The notes beneath the pieces are model-generated. The model was given only the letters and a program-made list of their open reading frames with translations, was not told the origin of the DNA and made no database searches. Source: Eledone cirrhosa (lineage: Eukaryota). Taken from it: a stretch of DNA of 64,000 nt. The position numbers and the translations under genes were made by a program. Every line of letters starts with the position of its first letter. Position 1 is the stretch's first letter. The stretch spans positions 327,236,001 to 327,300,000 of the forward strand of contig OZ024740.1 of NCBI GenBank assembly GCA_964016885.1, read 5' to 3'. This document shows positions 53,207 through 64,000 of this stretch, one piece after another.

Positions 53207-53638
53207 TGTATGGTATATTTGGCAATATACCGTATGTTTAATTGAAAGAATTTAGAAGACCATACGCTATCAGTTTTAAAGTAGTTACTATGTCACTTAC
53301 TTCTTTTCGGTGAAAGAAAGGAGAGAAGCTGACAGTCTGTTTCACGCTGGCTGGCGTACATCAGAGCCACTCACTTCCCTGCTTCCACCGAAAATTATAG
53401 AAGCTGGATTCTTATAGAATTCAAGTAATAATCAGGAGCTGAATATACAGAGCGATTGCCGGTCCAGCAAAAATTAGGTTTTAGAATTGGTGCTCTGAAA
53501 TAGCGATGTATACATAAATTTTTGTATGGCAGATTTGGCAATATACCGTATGTTTAATTAAAAACATTAAGAAAACCATACGCTAACAGTCTTAAAGTAG
53601 TGACTATGTCACTTACTTCTTTTCGACGAAAGAAAGGA
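53207..53638 (-). mobile_element. Family M element: ~1.35 head-to-tail copies of a 316 nt unit
   Basis: 53217-53322 is repeated at 53533-53638; flanked by TA repeats. Confidence 0.75.
53327..53368 (-). ncRNA. Hammerhead variant (family M; CUGAUGU core)
   Basis: GGCT-CTGATGT-ACGC(CAGCCA)GCGT-GAA-ACAGACTGT-C-AGCT. Confidence 0.6.
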
Positions 53639-54077
53639 TATATACCAAATATATAATATAAAAAATGGTGTGGTCATGCGCGGATATGTTATAAAATAGC
53701 GTGAAGATACTTAAAGATGAACAAAGATGTATATGTGTATATGTATACATACTATATTTATACACCACCACCCCCACACGCACACTTACATATTAAGGCA
53801 TAGATTCCCCCTACATGATTGTAACAGGTTTTAAGTAAAGCCATATAACATTATCAATAATATAAAGATTTCTGGATATTCAATCAAATGACCCATGTAT
53901 CAATTAAGACACAGTTAGACAACATTGATATCGGTCGCTGGTATAAATCTACTATTGACTTAATTGTAACATCTGTTAAGAAGTCAAAAGATAAGTGTTT
54001 CTATGCTTCGTATATCTCAACAGTGCTGAGTAATGCCCTGCTTCAGTTATAAATACGATGTTAATTAATCAATATAT

Positions 54078-54153
<76 letters not shown>

Positions 54154-54159
54154 TAATGA

Positions 54160-56270
54160 TCTATTTCCCAATGAGCAGAAATAATAATAAATGACCTATT
54201 TCCCAATGCGCAGAAAGGGTGTAAATGAGGCTCATATGGCTGTATGGATCAGCTTTTGGTTAACAAAATGATACTGGAAGATTGTCATAATAGACACAAA
54301 AATCTATCGATTGCTAGGATAGATTATAAAAAAGCATTCGATAGTTTGCCACACAGTTGGATTGAAAAATGTTTAGAGATTTTCAAAATATCTCCCGTTG
54401 TCAGGAGGTTCTTGTCATTCAGTAAGACACTCCTTTTGAATAGTGAAAAAAAAAATCACTGGAAACTGGAGAAGTTAATATTAATTGTAGAATTTTTCAG
54501 GGTGACTCTTTATCACCGCTTTTATTCTGCATCGCACTTATACCATTAAGTAAAATGCTCAATAAAACAAAACATTGATATAAAGTCTATGACAAAACCA
54601 TTAATCACTTGTTCTACATGGATGACCTGAAACTATTTGCAAAAAATGATGAACAATTGCAAGGGCTATTATCCACTGTGGAGCAGTTCAGTGATGACAT
54701 TAAAATGGAGTTTGGACTAGATAAATGCGCCAAAGCAACGTTCACCAGAGGAAAGCTGCTGAAAAGTTCAGACATTAATCTTGATCGGGGGAATGTGATA
54801 AGAGAACTTGATCAAGAGGAAACTTACAAATATCTAGGTGTTTGTGAAGGAGACGGAATCAAGCACTCGACAATGAGGGAAAGGATAAGGAAGGAATGTT
54901 ACCGCAGAGTAAGAGCAATCTTAAGAACGGAATTGAATGCAAGGATCGATGCCATAAACACGCTTGCCATACCAGTAGTAACATACAGTTACAATGTCAT
55001 CAACTGGTCAAGCACAGAGATCCGTAGGCTCGATACAAACATTCGAAAATTATTAACCAAGCACAGAATGCATCACCCTAAGGCAGATACAGATAGAATA
55101 TATCTCCCTAGGAAAGAAGGAGGACGTGGGTTAATCCAGTTAGTTATTGCGTTGAAAACTGCAACAATTGGATTATCTACATACCTAAGGGAATCACATG
55201 ATTGGATGATCAAACTCCTTTTGAAACACGAAAGTATCAAAAGATCATACTCCATTATAAAAGATGAACATTTCAGAAGTCCCATTTACTGCTGAAATGG
55301 AAAACACAGAAAAAGCAAAGCAGGTAAAAGTAACTGCTAAGAAAGAACTGCTACAGAAACTGGCTAAGAAATGGCAAGAAAATCCTCTGTATGGAAAATA
55401 CCCAGAAAGAGCTAACAATCCTGATGTTGACAAAACTTTAACCCATCAGTGGTTGGCATCCTCTGGACTGAAATCGGAGACTGAAGGACTGATTATATCA
55501 GCACAAGATCAGTGTCTGCCAACAAAAAATTACCAAGCCAACATAATAAAAAATGGATGCAGCCCATTATGCCGTGTATGTAAAAAACAACCAGAGACCA
55601 TTGATCATATAATTTCAATGTGCGGTCCTATAGCTCCAACCGAATACCTAAACAGGCATGACAGAGCTGCACAATACATACATTAGATAATGTGTAAGCA
55701 TTTTGACCTGCCCCATCAAAAGAATTGGTGGGAGCATCAACCACCTCCCATACTTGAAAAAGATCACATCTCAATCTTGTGGAACTTTAGCATCCAAACA
55801 GACCGAAAAATAGATGCAAATAGACCTGATATAATATTGAAGGACTTTAAAAAGAGGGTATGCCTGCTAATTGATATGTCTGTTCCAATAGACAAGAATG
55901 TATCTATAAAAACATTTAAAAAATTGAGCAAGTATAAGGACCTGGAGATAGAAATTGGAAAAATGTGGAAATTGAGAACTAAAACAATACCAGTGGTTGT
56001 AGGCGCTCTAGGAATGATACCTAAGGGGTCTAATGATTACTTATCGCAAATCCCAGGAAACCCGTGTATAGGAGAAATACAAAAGATACTAATGGGAACT
56101 GCCCATATACTAAGGAAGATTCTGTCAATATAAGTATAACACAAGTCTAAACACCTAAAGATGCATGTGTGTATGTTCTTTCTTGAAAATGGCGGACCTT
56201 GTTGTCTCTTGAGGTCACTGGTTGTGACTTGGTGATAACTCGTATGAACATAAAGCAATATAAATGCAAC
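54160..56270 (+). mobile_element. 5'-truncated Dong/R4-clade LINE in (TAA)n, frameshifted
   Basis: IDYKKAFDS, FYMDDLK, YKYLG, CRVC..HIISMC, NRHD, NRPDI, IDMSVP, KLSKY; (TAA)n at 54080-54157 and 56271-56302. Confidence 0.93.
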
Positions 56271-56301
<31 letters not shown>

Positions 56302-56303
<2 letters not shown>

Positions 56304-56436
56304 TGTTTCTACTTTTGCCACAAGGCCAGCAAATACCCAGTACATTACTGGTACTTTATTTTATCGACCCCGTAGGGATGAAAGGCAAAGTTAACCTGGG
56401 CAGGATTTGAACCCAGATCGTAAAGGGACGTAACTC
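56302..56436 (-). mobile_element. Nin-like SINE whose (TTA)n tail adjoins the Dong copy
   Basis: Same family as 5338-5515, head truncated. Confidence 0.8.
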
Positions 56437-56711
56437 TTTGCATCAATAATAATAATAATAATCATAATGTTTTCTTTATTAACCACAAGGGTTCACATAA
56501 AGTAGACATTAAGGACAGTACAGGACAATACAGGACGGTACAAATGGGCATTTCTGCGTGTAAAAAAACAGAGGTTGAAATAAAATAACAAAGAAAAATT
56601 CCCCAATAGGGGGGAGACTTCCAAGGGACATTTGTGGAGAAAGCCCATTAAAAGACCACAGTGGCCCTGACCACCAGGGCAAGTGCCCTCTCCCAGTTTT
56701 CCACCTTTAAT

Positions 56712-59700
56712 TTACAGACACATACTCAGAGAAGGCCCATTCATTCGGGCCATACTTGCTTCTCTCACCCATCTTTCAACAAAATGCTGGGAAGAGAGCA
56801 CTTCCCTCTCTACCCTGACTTTCCTTTTCAAATGAAATTTGAAAAAGTTAATCAGGGCATCACCGAAGAGGTAAGTGCTCGTCTTCAGCCCTTTCAAACG
56901 TGTCCACCATACTATCTCTTTCGCCATGGCCACCATACAGATAAAAACTGCCTGCCCTTCCAGGCTAAAGGAAGGGGGCGGGGCAATCCTCACGATGGAC
57001 TCAGCAGATAGCTGGATCCGTCCTACACGTGACAGCAGGTGTTCGACATAAACCCACAAGTCAGCAATGCTCGGACACTGGACGAGTGCGTGCAGGACGG
57101 TTTCGTCGCCCTGCGCGCATCTCTGACATGCCCGGCTGACGGCACCTCCATGCCTGTAGAGTTTATCCCGAACTGGCAAAGCTCCTCGGTAGCACTGCCA
57201 GGCCAGGGATTTCTGGAAGTTGTCCATAGGCCCCGGACCGAAAGTCCTTCCGAAGAGATTGGCTAGTTGATTTTCGTCGACGCCTAGAGTTTCTCCAAGT
57301 ACGTCGTCGCTCTTCCCCTCCACTAATCCCCTATAGAACGCCAAGGTGGAGTTTCCACCGATCACATTGCCCGATTGGTCGAGGGCTGTGAGCGCCTGAA
57401 GACATTCCAGTCTCCAAGCGCTCCCTCTCGGTCTTCGCTTGACCCAGGACTGCAGCTCCGTCAAGGAGACGAGCTGGGGAAAAACGTGTCTTGCAAACGG
57501 CGACCACACCTGATCACCGTCGAGGAAGAGGTGGAGATGTCGTAGCCTGAGCGCGTGTCTGCGCATCATCAGCCACGGCATGCCCAGCCCTCCACGTAGC
57601 GGGTGTTGACAGCAGATGGACCGCCTGACCATCGGAGCGCGTCCCTTCCACAAGAAGCGAAAGAGCAAACGCTCCAGCGCAGTCAGGCGGGGCTTAGGAC
57701 AAGGTACGACGGTCAGGCGGTAGTAGATGACGGATGCGATGTACGCATTCGCCACCTCCGCTCGACCTTTCAGGAATAGCTTCCTCTCGGCCCATTTCTG
57801 GGTGAGAGAAGCCACCCTGCTCGTCACCTCGTCCCAGTTTTTGTCCGTCTGGAGGTCTGGACCGAACCAGACCCCTAGCAATTTAACCGGTCCGTCCGTC
57901 CAGCGCCCGACGACGCTGTTGGACGGCATGGACCTACCTCTCCAGGTGCCGAGCTGCAGGCCCACTGACTTTTCCTGGTTGATCATTGCTCCTGTCACCG
58001 CTTCGTATTCTCTTAGTGTAGTGCCGATCGCCTCGATGTGTTTGGCGTTCGACACCACTACGGTGACATCCTCGGCATATGCTGACACGGATCTTCCGCA
58101 TCCTAGTTCGCGCGGGACCCCCCTCAACGTCTCCAGTTTGTGCAGTAATGGCTCGAGAGTCAATACGTACAATAGGGACGAGAGGGGACATCCTTGGCGG
58201 ACCGAGCGCATGATGTTGAACGGTTCCGAAAGGTGACCGCTCACTCTCACTACAGAGCAGATGTCGCTGTGCATGGCAGCGATCCAGCCTCTGAAGACGG
58301 GCCCAAAGCCAGCCGCCCTCAGGACTGCCGTTAGGTAACGATGGTCGACCCTATCGAAGGCTTTCGACTGATCTAAATTGATCAAAGACCCACCCGTGCC
58401 AGGTTCCCTAGCTACCCTCTCTACGATGTATCGCATGAGGTGGAGGTTGTCGTGGATGGATCTGTCGGGAATGGCGCATGTCTGTGCCTCTCCCACCAGA
58501 CCACCAACGACAAGCGCCAACCTCTTTGCTAGCACCTTGGCCAAAATCTTGAACTCTGTGTTTAGCAGAGTTATGGGCCTAAAATTATCTATGTTATCCC
58601 CCTTGTTCGGATCCTTTCTCAGCAGCGCCACCGCTCCTCGGCTCACAGAGCTGGGAATTCTCCCGTTCTGTTGCCAGTTGCAGTAGACGTCCGCCAAGAG
58701 GCCTCCGAACAAGTTTGGCATTTGTACGTAAAGTTCATAGGGCAGACCATCCAAACCAGGCGATTTACCCCTTGTGCAACTAGTCATTGCATCCCGTACT
58801 TCAGCGGTTGTTATCGGCTTTTCGCAACACTCCGCCTCAGTGGCCGAAAGCCGCGGCAGTCCGTCGAGGTAGACACTAAAGTCCATCCCTCGATCCGGCC
58901 CGCCACTGCCCCCGAACAGTTGAGCGAAGTGTCGCTGAAAAGCTTCACACATTTGCCCGGGATCGAGTAGCATGCGCCCGTCGTGGTCCACCAAAGACCG
59001 GATCGTGGCTTTGTTGCCACGACGCGCCTCCGCCACTCGGGCCCATTGAACGGCTTTCGTCCCCTCGTGTCTGAGAGCACGCACCCTAGCTCTGACAACG
59101 CAGCCTTCGTGCTTTGCATTGAAGAATTGGTCAAGGGCCAATTTCGCCGCAACTACGTCGGTCGCGATGCCTTTGCTAAGCGCCTCATCTAATTTTCTAA
59201 CTAATTCTCCCTCTGCTCTATTTTTCTCTATTGCTAAAGTCTTACTAAACCTAATGGACTCTATTCTAATTGCTCTTTTCAGAGCAAACCACCACTTGTT
59301 GTTGACGATGGCCCCCGTCAACGCCCGCTTAACTAGTTCGCTAATCCGGTCTCTGTAGGCCTTGCGCGCTGGTAAGGACGCGTTTAGCTTCCAGTAGCCG
59401 GGTCCTCGTCTATGAAGCCTATCTAAGTCAAGCACACAGATCACGAATTTGTGGTCCGTGTAGCTGACTATCTTGAATTGTGGACAGCCTATGCTAGACC
59501 TATCTATTTCCCTACAAAATACTCTATCTAGATATGATCTGGATGACCCTATGCGATTTGTCCAAGTCCACATTGGTACATTCGGGAAATCCATTCGGTA
59601 CATGTCAGACAGTTCAAAACGTCTGAGCAGGTTGGTGAGACTCTTGCACCCTCCTTCCCTATCCACTAATCCCACACAATCCCAGCGTGCATGTAAGATC

Positions 59701-60131
59701 CCGTTCCAGTAGCCCACTAACACTAAAGAGCGGGACGTTCCAAGAAAGGTCTCCAGACGCCGGAAGAAATCAGGCCGCCCTGCTCCTGTCGGGGCATAGA
59801 CGGCCACTAACCTGAAAGCTTGCCCGTCTCCGCTGGTCACGTCCAGCACCACCAACTTACCTTCTGGGTCCAGGAAGATGGCCCGTATGGCAAGATCCAA
59901 ACCTCTCCGAAAAAGCACAGCAACTCCTCCCCCCGATCCCGGACGGCTGGGAGATGCGTACACATCGTAGCCGCCGAAGATCGGTGCGAAAGCCTGTGCT
60001 TCGGAGATTCTGGTCTCGCTGATGGCCACTACATCTATGTTTAGTGACCTGAGGTCGTTGAGCAGGTGGCCCTGCTTCCATGACGACCCCAAGCCACGCG
60101 CATTTATGCTGCCTATTCTGAGTGAGGTCAT
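56712..60131 (-). CDS. Tx1-like ORF2p: APE endonuclease + RT + C-terminal zinc knuckle (catalytic motifs mutated)
   Basis: SINARG, SET, VYAP, GYWN, YLDR, TDH; KSPGLDG, FRPITLLN, DQSKAFD, VRQGCPLS, YAED, LLGV; CQRC..ETVLHALVQC. Confidence 0.93.
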   Translation of the reverse strand: MTSLRIGSINARGLGSSWKQGHLLNDLRSLNIDVVAISETRISEAQAFAPIFGGYDVYASPSRPGSGGGVAVLFRRGLDLAIRAIFLDPEGKLVVLDVTSGDGQAFRLVAVYAPTGAGRPDFFRRLETFLGTSRSLVLVGYWNGILHARWDCVGLVDREGGCKSLTNLLRRFELSDMYRMDFPNVPMWTWTNRIGSSRSYLDRVFCREIDRSSIGCPQFKIVSYTDHKFVICVLDLDRLHRRGPGYWKLNASLPARKAYRDRISELVKRALTGAIVNNKWWFALKRAIRIESIRFSKTLAIEKNRAEGELVRKLDEALSKGIATDVVAAKLALDQFFNAKHEGCVVRARVRALRHEGTKAVQWARVAEARRGNKATIRSLVDHDGRMLLDPGQMCEAFQRHFAQLFGGSGGPDRGMDFSVYLDGLPRLSATEAECCEKPITTAEVRDAMTSCTRGKSPGLDGLPYELYVQMPNLFGGLLADVYCNWQQNGRIPSSVSRGAVALLRKDPNKGDNIDNFRPITLLNTEFKILAKVLAKRLALVVGGLVGEAQTCAIPDRSIHDNLHLMRYIVERVAREPGTGGSLINLDQSKAFDRVDHRYLTAVLRAAGFGPVFRGWIAAMHSDICSVVRVSGHLSEPFNIMRSVRQGCPLSSLLYVLTLEPLLHKLETLRGVPRELGCGRSVSAYAEDVTVVVSNAKHIEAIGTTLREYEAVTGAMINQEKSVGLQLGTWRGRSMPSNSVVGRWTDGPVKLLGVWFGPDLQTDKNWDEVTSRVASLTQKWAERKLFLKGRAEVANAYIASVIYYRLTVVPCPKPRLTALERLLFRFLWKGRAPMVRRSICCQHPLRGGLGMPWLMMRRHALRLRHLHLFLDGDQVWSPFARHVFPQLVSLTELQSWVKRRPRGSAWRLECLQALTALDQSGNVIGGNSTLAFYRGLVEGKSDDVLGETLGVDENQLANLFGRTFGPGPMDNFQKSLAWQCYRGALPVRDKLYRHGGAVSRACQRCAQGDETVLHALVQCPSIADLWVYVEHLLSRVGRIQLSAESIVRIAPPPSFSLEGQAVFICMVAMAKEIVWWTRLKGLKTSTYLFGDALINFFKFHLKRKVRVEREVLSSQHFVERWVREASMARMNGPSLSMCL

Positions 60132-60165
60132 GTTGAAAAGGAGTGGAAAAGATGGGAAAGACCAC

Positions 60166-62162
60166 TTACCTTACTTCTCGTAGGGGAAGGGCGGCTTTTC
60201 CATCATTTTCACTGCTTGTGGCCTCCTCAGGAAGGATGTCCTTATAAATCCTCCTGGAGAGTGCTTGTCGGAAGTCTCCGATGTCTTTGGGGAATTTTTG
60301 TTTTAGTGTCATGTACGTTTTCTGTGTGATGCGAGTGATTTGTATGTGTGGAGGTGGTGTGAATTTTGGGGTTGTTGTGTAGTCTTTTTCTGTGATGTTG
60401 GTGTTGTGTTGGATGTAGTGTAATAATTGCTTGTTGTTCAAATTTAATGCTGTGTAGTGTGTATAGTTTTGGTTGTTTTGTTTTGTTTGCGTTTGTTGTG
60501 GGTTTGTTTCTGTTTCGCATTTTGGTGACTTTTGTGGTGTAGGTGATGGTGGTGTTGGAGTTAATGATGGTGATGGTGTTGGTGTTTGGGTTGATGGGGT
60601 TGGTGATGCTGGTGTGGATGGTGGCATATCTGTCCTAACTTTTTTGTTTCTTAGTTTATTTGTTTCCCTCTGTATTTTGTTTTTGGAGGGGGAAGGAAGA
60701 GAATTTTTTCTTTTTTGGTTTCTTTTTTTTTTTCCGGATATCGTTTCCCACTCCTCGTCGTCACAATCTGTCTCCAGTTGTGATAGGCCGGGGAGTGGAA
60801 AATCCTCCACAGCCGTTAGTTTTGGTTGTGGTGTGGTGGATGGTGTAGGCGCTGGTGCTAGTTCTGAAGCGTTGGGTGGTGGTGGTGTTGGTTTTGCTGG
60901 TGGTGGTAGTGGTGTTGGTTTTGCTACTGTTGCTGGGGTTGTTGCTGTTATAGTTGCTTCTGTTGTTGCTGCTACAGTTGTTGCTGCCATCTCTGCTCCT
61001 GGTGGTGTTGATGGTTGTGTCACTGGGATGGGTAGGAGAGGTGGCCTCAACCTTTTAGCCTGAGGGCAGAAAGCCCTTAGGTGGGTTCCTTCATCACAAA
61101 CGACACACCTAGGTCTTCTGCCCTCGACAATTACCGTGAGGTGGCTGCCGTCAGTTAGGTCTATTACCTCTGGGATCTCCTCAATGCTTTTTTGGTCCGC
61201 TTGGATCAGAAGCTCCATCCCAGATCCGGACCAGTTTTCCTGCTTTTCTTTTGCTACTGCTATTATTTTCGTGTTGGCTTCGATGCCGGCGAAGACAGCC
61301 GCTATTAGCCAGGGAATTTCGATGGCCGGTGGAACGTGGGTCACCCTGATCTTTACGAGTCTCTGGCCACAATAGCTTGGGACGAGTGTGAGGTCGTCAC
61401 TTTTTAATGGGGCCATGGAGTGTTCTCTAGCCTCCTCTGGTGTTTCAAAGAACACATCCACGGTTCCATACTTTTGCCCACGTCTGATGTGGGTTTTTCT
61501 TGCCCACACATGTCCCAAAGCTTTTTGGATTTGGGACATTTCGGATGCCCGTTCCACTCGGCGCGATTTTACATTTATTGTTCTATACGACACGGTGCAC
61601 AGGCGCCGATGCTCCATTTTATTAGGTGGGGGGTGAGGCTGACCCTGTACCCATCTTTCTTTACCATTTGTTTGGCATTTTCTAAATCTTCTTGAGTTAC
61701 CGTGAACGCTTCGAATTGTTTTGCTACGATGGCGAAACTGAGGGTCGGTTTTATAATGTCATTGTTGTTGTTGTTGCTATCGTTATTTGTGTTAATCTTA
61801 ATTTTTGTTTCAGTTGTGGTGGTGGTGACGTCATTCGTCTTTGGTGCGGAAGAGTCCATTTTGCTTGATTTCATTTCGACATCACGAGTTAATTTATTTT
61901 TTTCTTCTTTTGTTTCTGTTGTCGCGGTGGAGGTGGGGGTGGTGGTTGTCGCGGTGGTGGTGGTGGTGGAGGGTTTAACACCTGCAGTCATTGGTAATGG
62001 CGGGAAATGAATGTCTGCCTGAGACAAATTTAAAATATTGCTACTGCTTATATTTTTTTTTGTGTTGGCAAACGTAGTAACATTTACAATGGTGGTGTCG
62101 GTGTGAGGTGTTATTTTGTGAGGAAGGCTTTCAGCTGCTTCGTGCAGAGGGGAATTAGCCAT
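60166..62162 (-). CDS. Tx1-like ORF1p with a gag CCHC knuckle; split by a 1 nt frameshift at the C-run 61628-61633
   Basis: CVVCDEGTHLRAFC; adding one C joins MANSPLH... (ATG at 62162) to NKMEHRRL..., giving ~665 aa. Confidence 0.8.
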
Positions 62163-62355
62163 TTTGGGATAATAATAAAAGTTAAAATTTTGGGCACAAG
62201 GCCCCAATCTTTTTGGGTGTCCTTTTCGGAAAACAATGTATGTGTGCTTATAAACAGTTTACAATAAAATTTTCCATAAATGGCAATTTTTAAACAAACG
62301 GAAATAACAAACCTTTGCGGAGCTCACGATAATACGATTTCCTACGTAGGTCGCC

Positions 62356-62415
<60 letters not shown>

Positions 62416-63545
62416 TTCTGCATAGCTTTAATACCCCTTACATCCGAGCTTAATAGAACAGGGTATGGTTATAGAATTGACAACAAAAAAATAAACCACC
62501 TATTTTATATGGATGATTTGAAGGTATATTGCAAAGATAATGACGAACTGGAAGGCTTTTGCGGACAGTAAAAACGTTTAGCGATGACATCAGGATGGAG
62601 TTTGGACTTGACAAGTGTTCAAAAGCCACTTTCAAGACGGGGAAGCTTGTCAACTCAGACTCAGTTGAATTGGATGCTGAAACAATCATAAAGGAACTTG
62701 AGCAGGAATAAACCTATAAATACTTAGGGATTAATGAGGGCTCTGGCATACAGCATGCAAGTATGAAAGAGAGGATAAGGAAATAATGTTACAGGAGAGT
62801 GCGTGCAGTTCTGAGATCAGAACTAAACGCTCGTAACAAGGTGCTATCCATAAATTCCTTGGCGGTTCCAGTTGTCACTTATAGCTTCGGTGTGTTGAAC
62901 TGGAATATGAGTGAAATCAAAAGAATCGACACCAAAGTCCGTAAGCTACTGACCTGTAATATGATGCATCACCCAAAAGCAGATGTGGATCGTCTTTACC
63001 TTCCAAGAACTCAAAGAGGCCGTGGCCTGATCCAATTTGAACTTGCTTACAAGACCACCATCATTGGACTGGCCAAATACCTTGAAACAACTAACGACTG
63101 TATGCTGAAACTTGTTGAAAAGCATGAGAAGTAAGAAGCTTCATTCTATCTTGAAGGACAGCAAAAATATGCTACTGATCTCATGCTTGATACCCAGGCT
63201 GGACATACTAAAGAAACTGTTGCAACTGATGCTGCTAGGCACATAAAATCACTGGCAAAAGCAAAAGGGCAAGGACAATTAGCATCAAATTAGGAGCAGA
63301 AACCTCTGCATGGCAAATATGTGGCCCGTCGCAGACAGGCTGATTATTGATTATTGAGAAGAGCACTGTCTCTGTAAGATTGATATTCCTCCTTGTATTT
63401 ACGTATGCATATGAACATGTGTATATATGTATACTGTTTTTTTTTTAAATTATAATCAATGTGCTGTATTAACTGGCTTACCAGTGCACACTGTGAATTT
63501 ATTTGCCCTAGGTGCCAGGAAGACACTTGGCATATATCTCAGAAA
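62416..63545 (+). mobile_element. Decayed Dong/R4 copy with an internal deletion of the REL region
   Basis: FYMDDLK, YKYLG, MHHPKADVDRLYLPR; jumps at ~63350 to the last codons and 3' UTR. Confidence 0.85.
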
Positions 63546-63585
63546 CAATAATGAAAGAAAATAAAAATAATGATAATAATAATAA

Positions 63586-64000
63586 TAAGCAAATAGACCT
63601 GACATCATTGTAAAATATCAACATAACAAGGTCTGTTTAGTGATAGATACAAGCATCCCATGTGATCACAATATCGCGGCAAAAGAATTTGACAAGCTAC
63701 GAAAATATAAAGATCTGCTTATTGAAATTGAGAAAATGTGGCACCTCAAGGCCTTTACAATACCAGTGATTGTGGGAGGACTGGCAATGATCAAGAAAGG
63801 AACAGAACAATATTTGCGAATGAGTCCTAGTTTACCCTCTCTGCACGAGGGGCAAAAAATTGTTTTGACTGGTATTGCACACGTATTGAGAAGAGCACTG
63901 TCTCTGTAAGATTGATATCTCTCCTTGTATGCATATGAACATGTGTATATATGCATACTGTTTTTTTTTTTAAATTATAATCAATGTACTCTATTAACTG
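63586..64000 (+). mobile_element. Second tandem 5'-truncated Dong/R4 copy (REL end + 3' UTR), runs off the window
   Basis: ANRPDII, IDTSIP, DKLRKY; 63885-64000 duplicates 63352-63476; preceded by a TAA-like tract. Confidence 0.85.

Larger units (their letters stand above)
56468..62355 (-). mobile_element. Near-full-length Tx1-like (L1 clade) LINE in (TAA)n
   Basis: ~190 bp 5' UTR, ORF1, 34 nt spacer, ORF2, 3' UTR with AATAAA (~56476-56481); (TAA)n on both sides. Confidence 0.93.

Noticed and set aside
57039-62010. Antisense ORFs overlapping the Tx1 element
   Set aside because: Expected shadows of a GC-rich long coding frame; no independent motifs.

Overview
Eukaryotic, AT-rich, microsatellite-saturated non-coding DNA. 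The SINE and retroelement content suggests an octopus/cephalopod, but that is an inference. I found no convincing host exon; most short ORFs in the track are read-throughs of microsatellites. The window is almost entirely nested retroelements. It holds three Penelope-like element (PLE) bodies with RT and GIY-YIG domains, and four R4/Dong-type restriction-like-endonuclease LINE copies sitting in (CATA)n or (TAA)n. It also holds a near-full-length Tx1/L1-type LINE in (TAA)n plus a decayed sister copy, and an RTE LINE with three C-terminal C2H2 fingers plus its bipartite non-autonomous derivative. Tc1 and CR1 relics, MITEs and tRNA-derived SINEs fill in the rest. The most striking feature is invisible in the ORF track. 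Folding by eye gives about 19-20 type I minimal hammerhead ribozymes with an intact CUGAnGA/GAAA/UH core, from 8-9 unrelated sequence families, plus about 5 further families with degenerate, variant or half cores. Nearly all have a short, usually palindromic stem III. They sit in 150-1400 bp hairpin-shaped or head-to-tail elements inserted mostly in (TA)n. Two families are demonstrably the 3' ends of PLEs present in the window. Two look like ~420 and ~316 nt retrozyme-like units. In several families the inversion centre falls inside the ribozyme's own hairpins. All folds and coordinates were read manually, and activity is untested.
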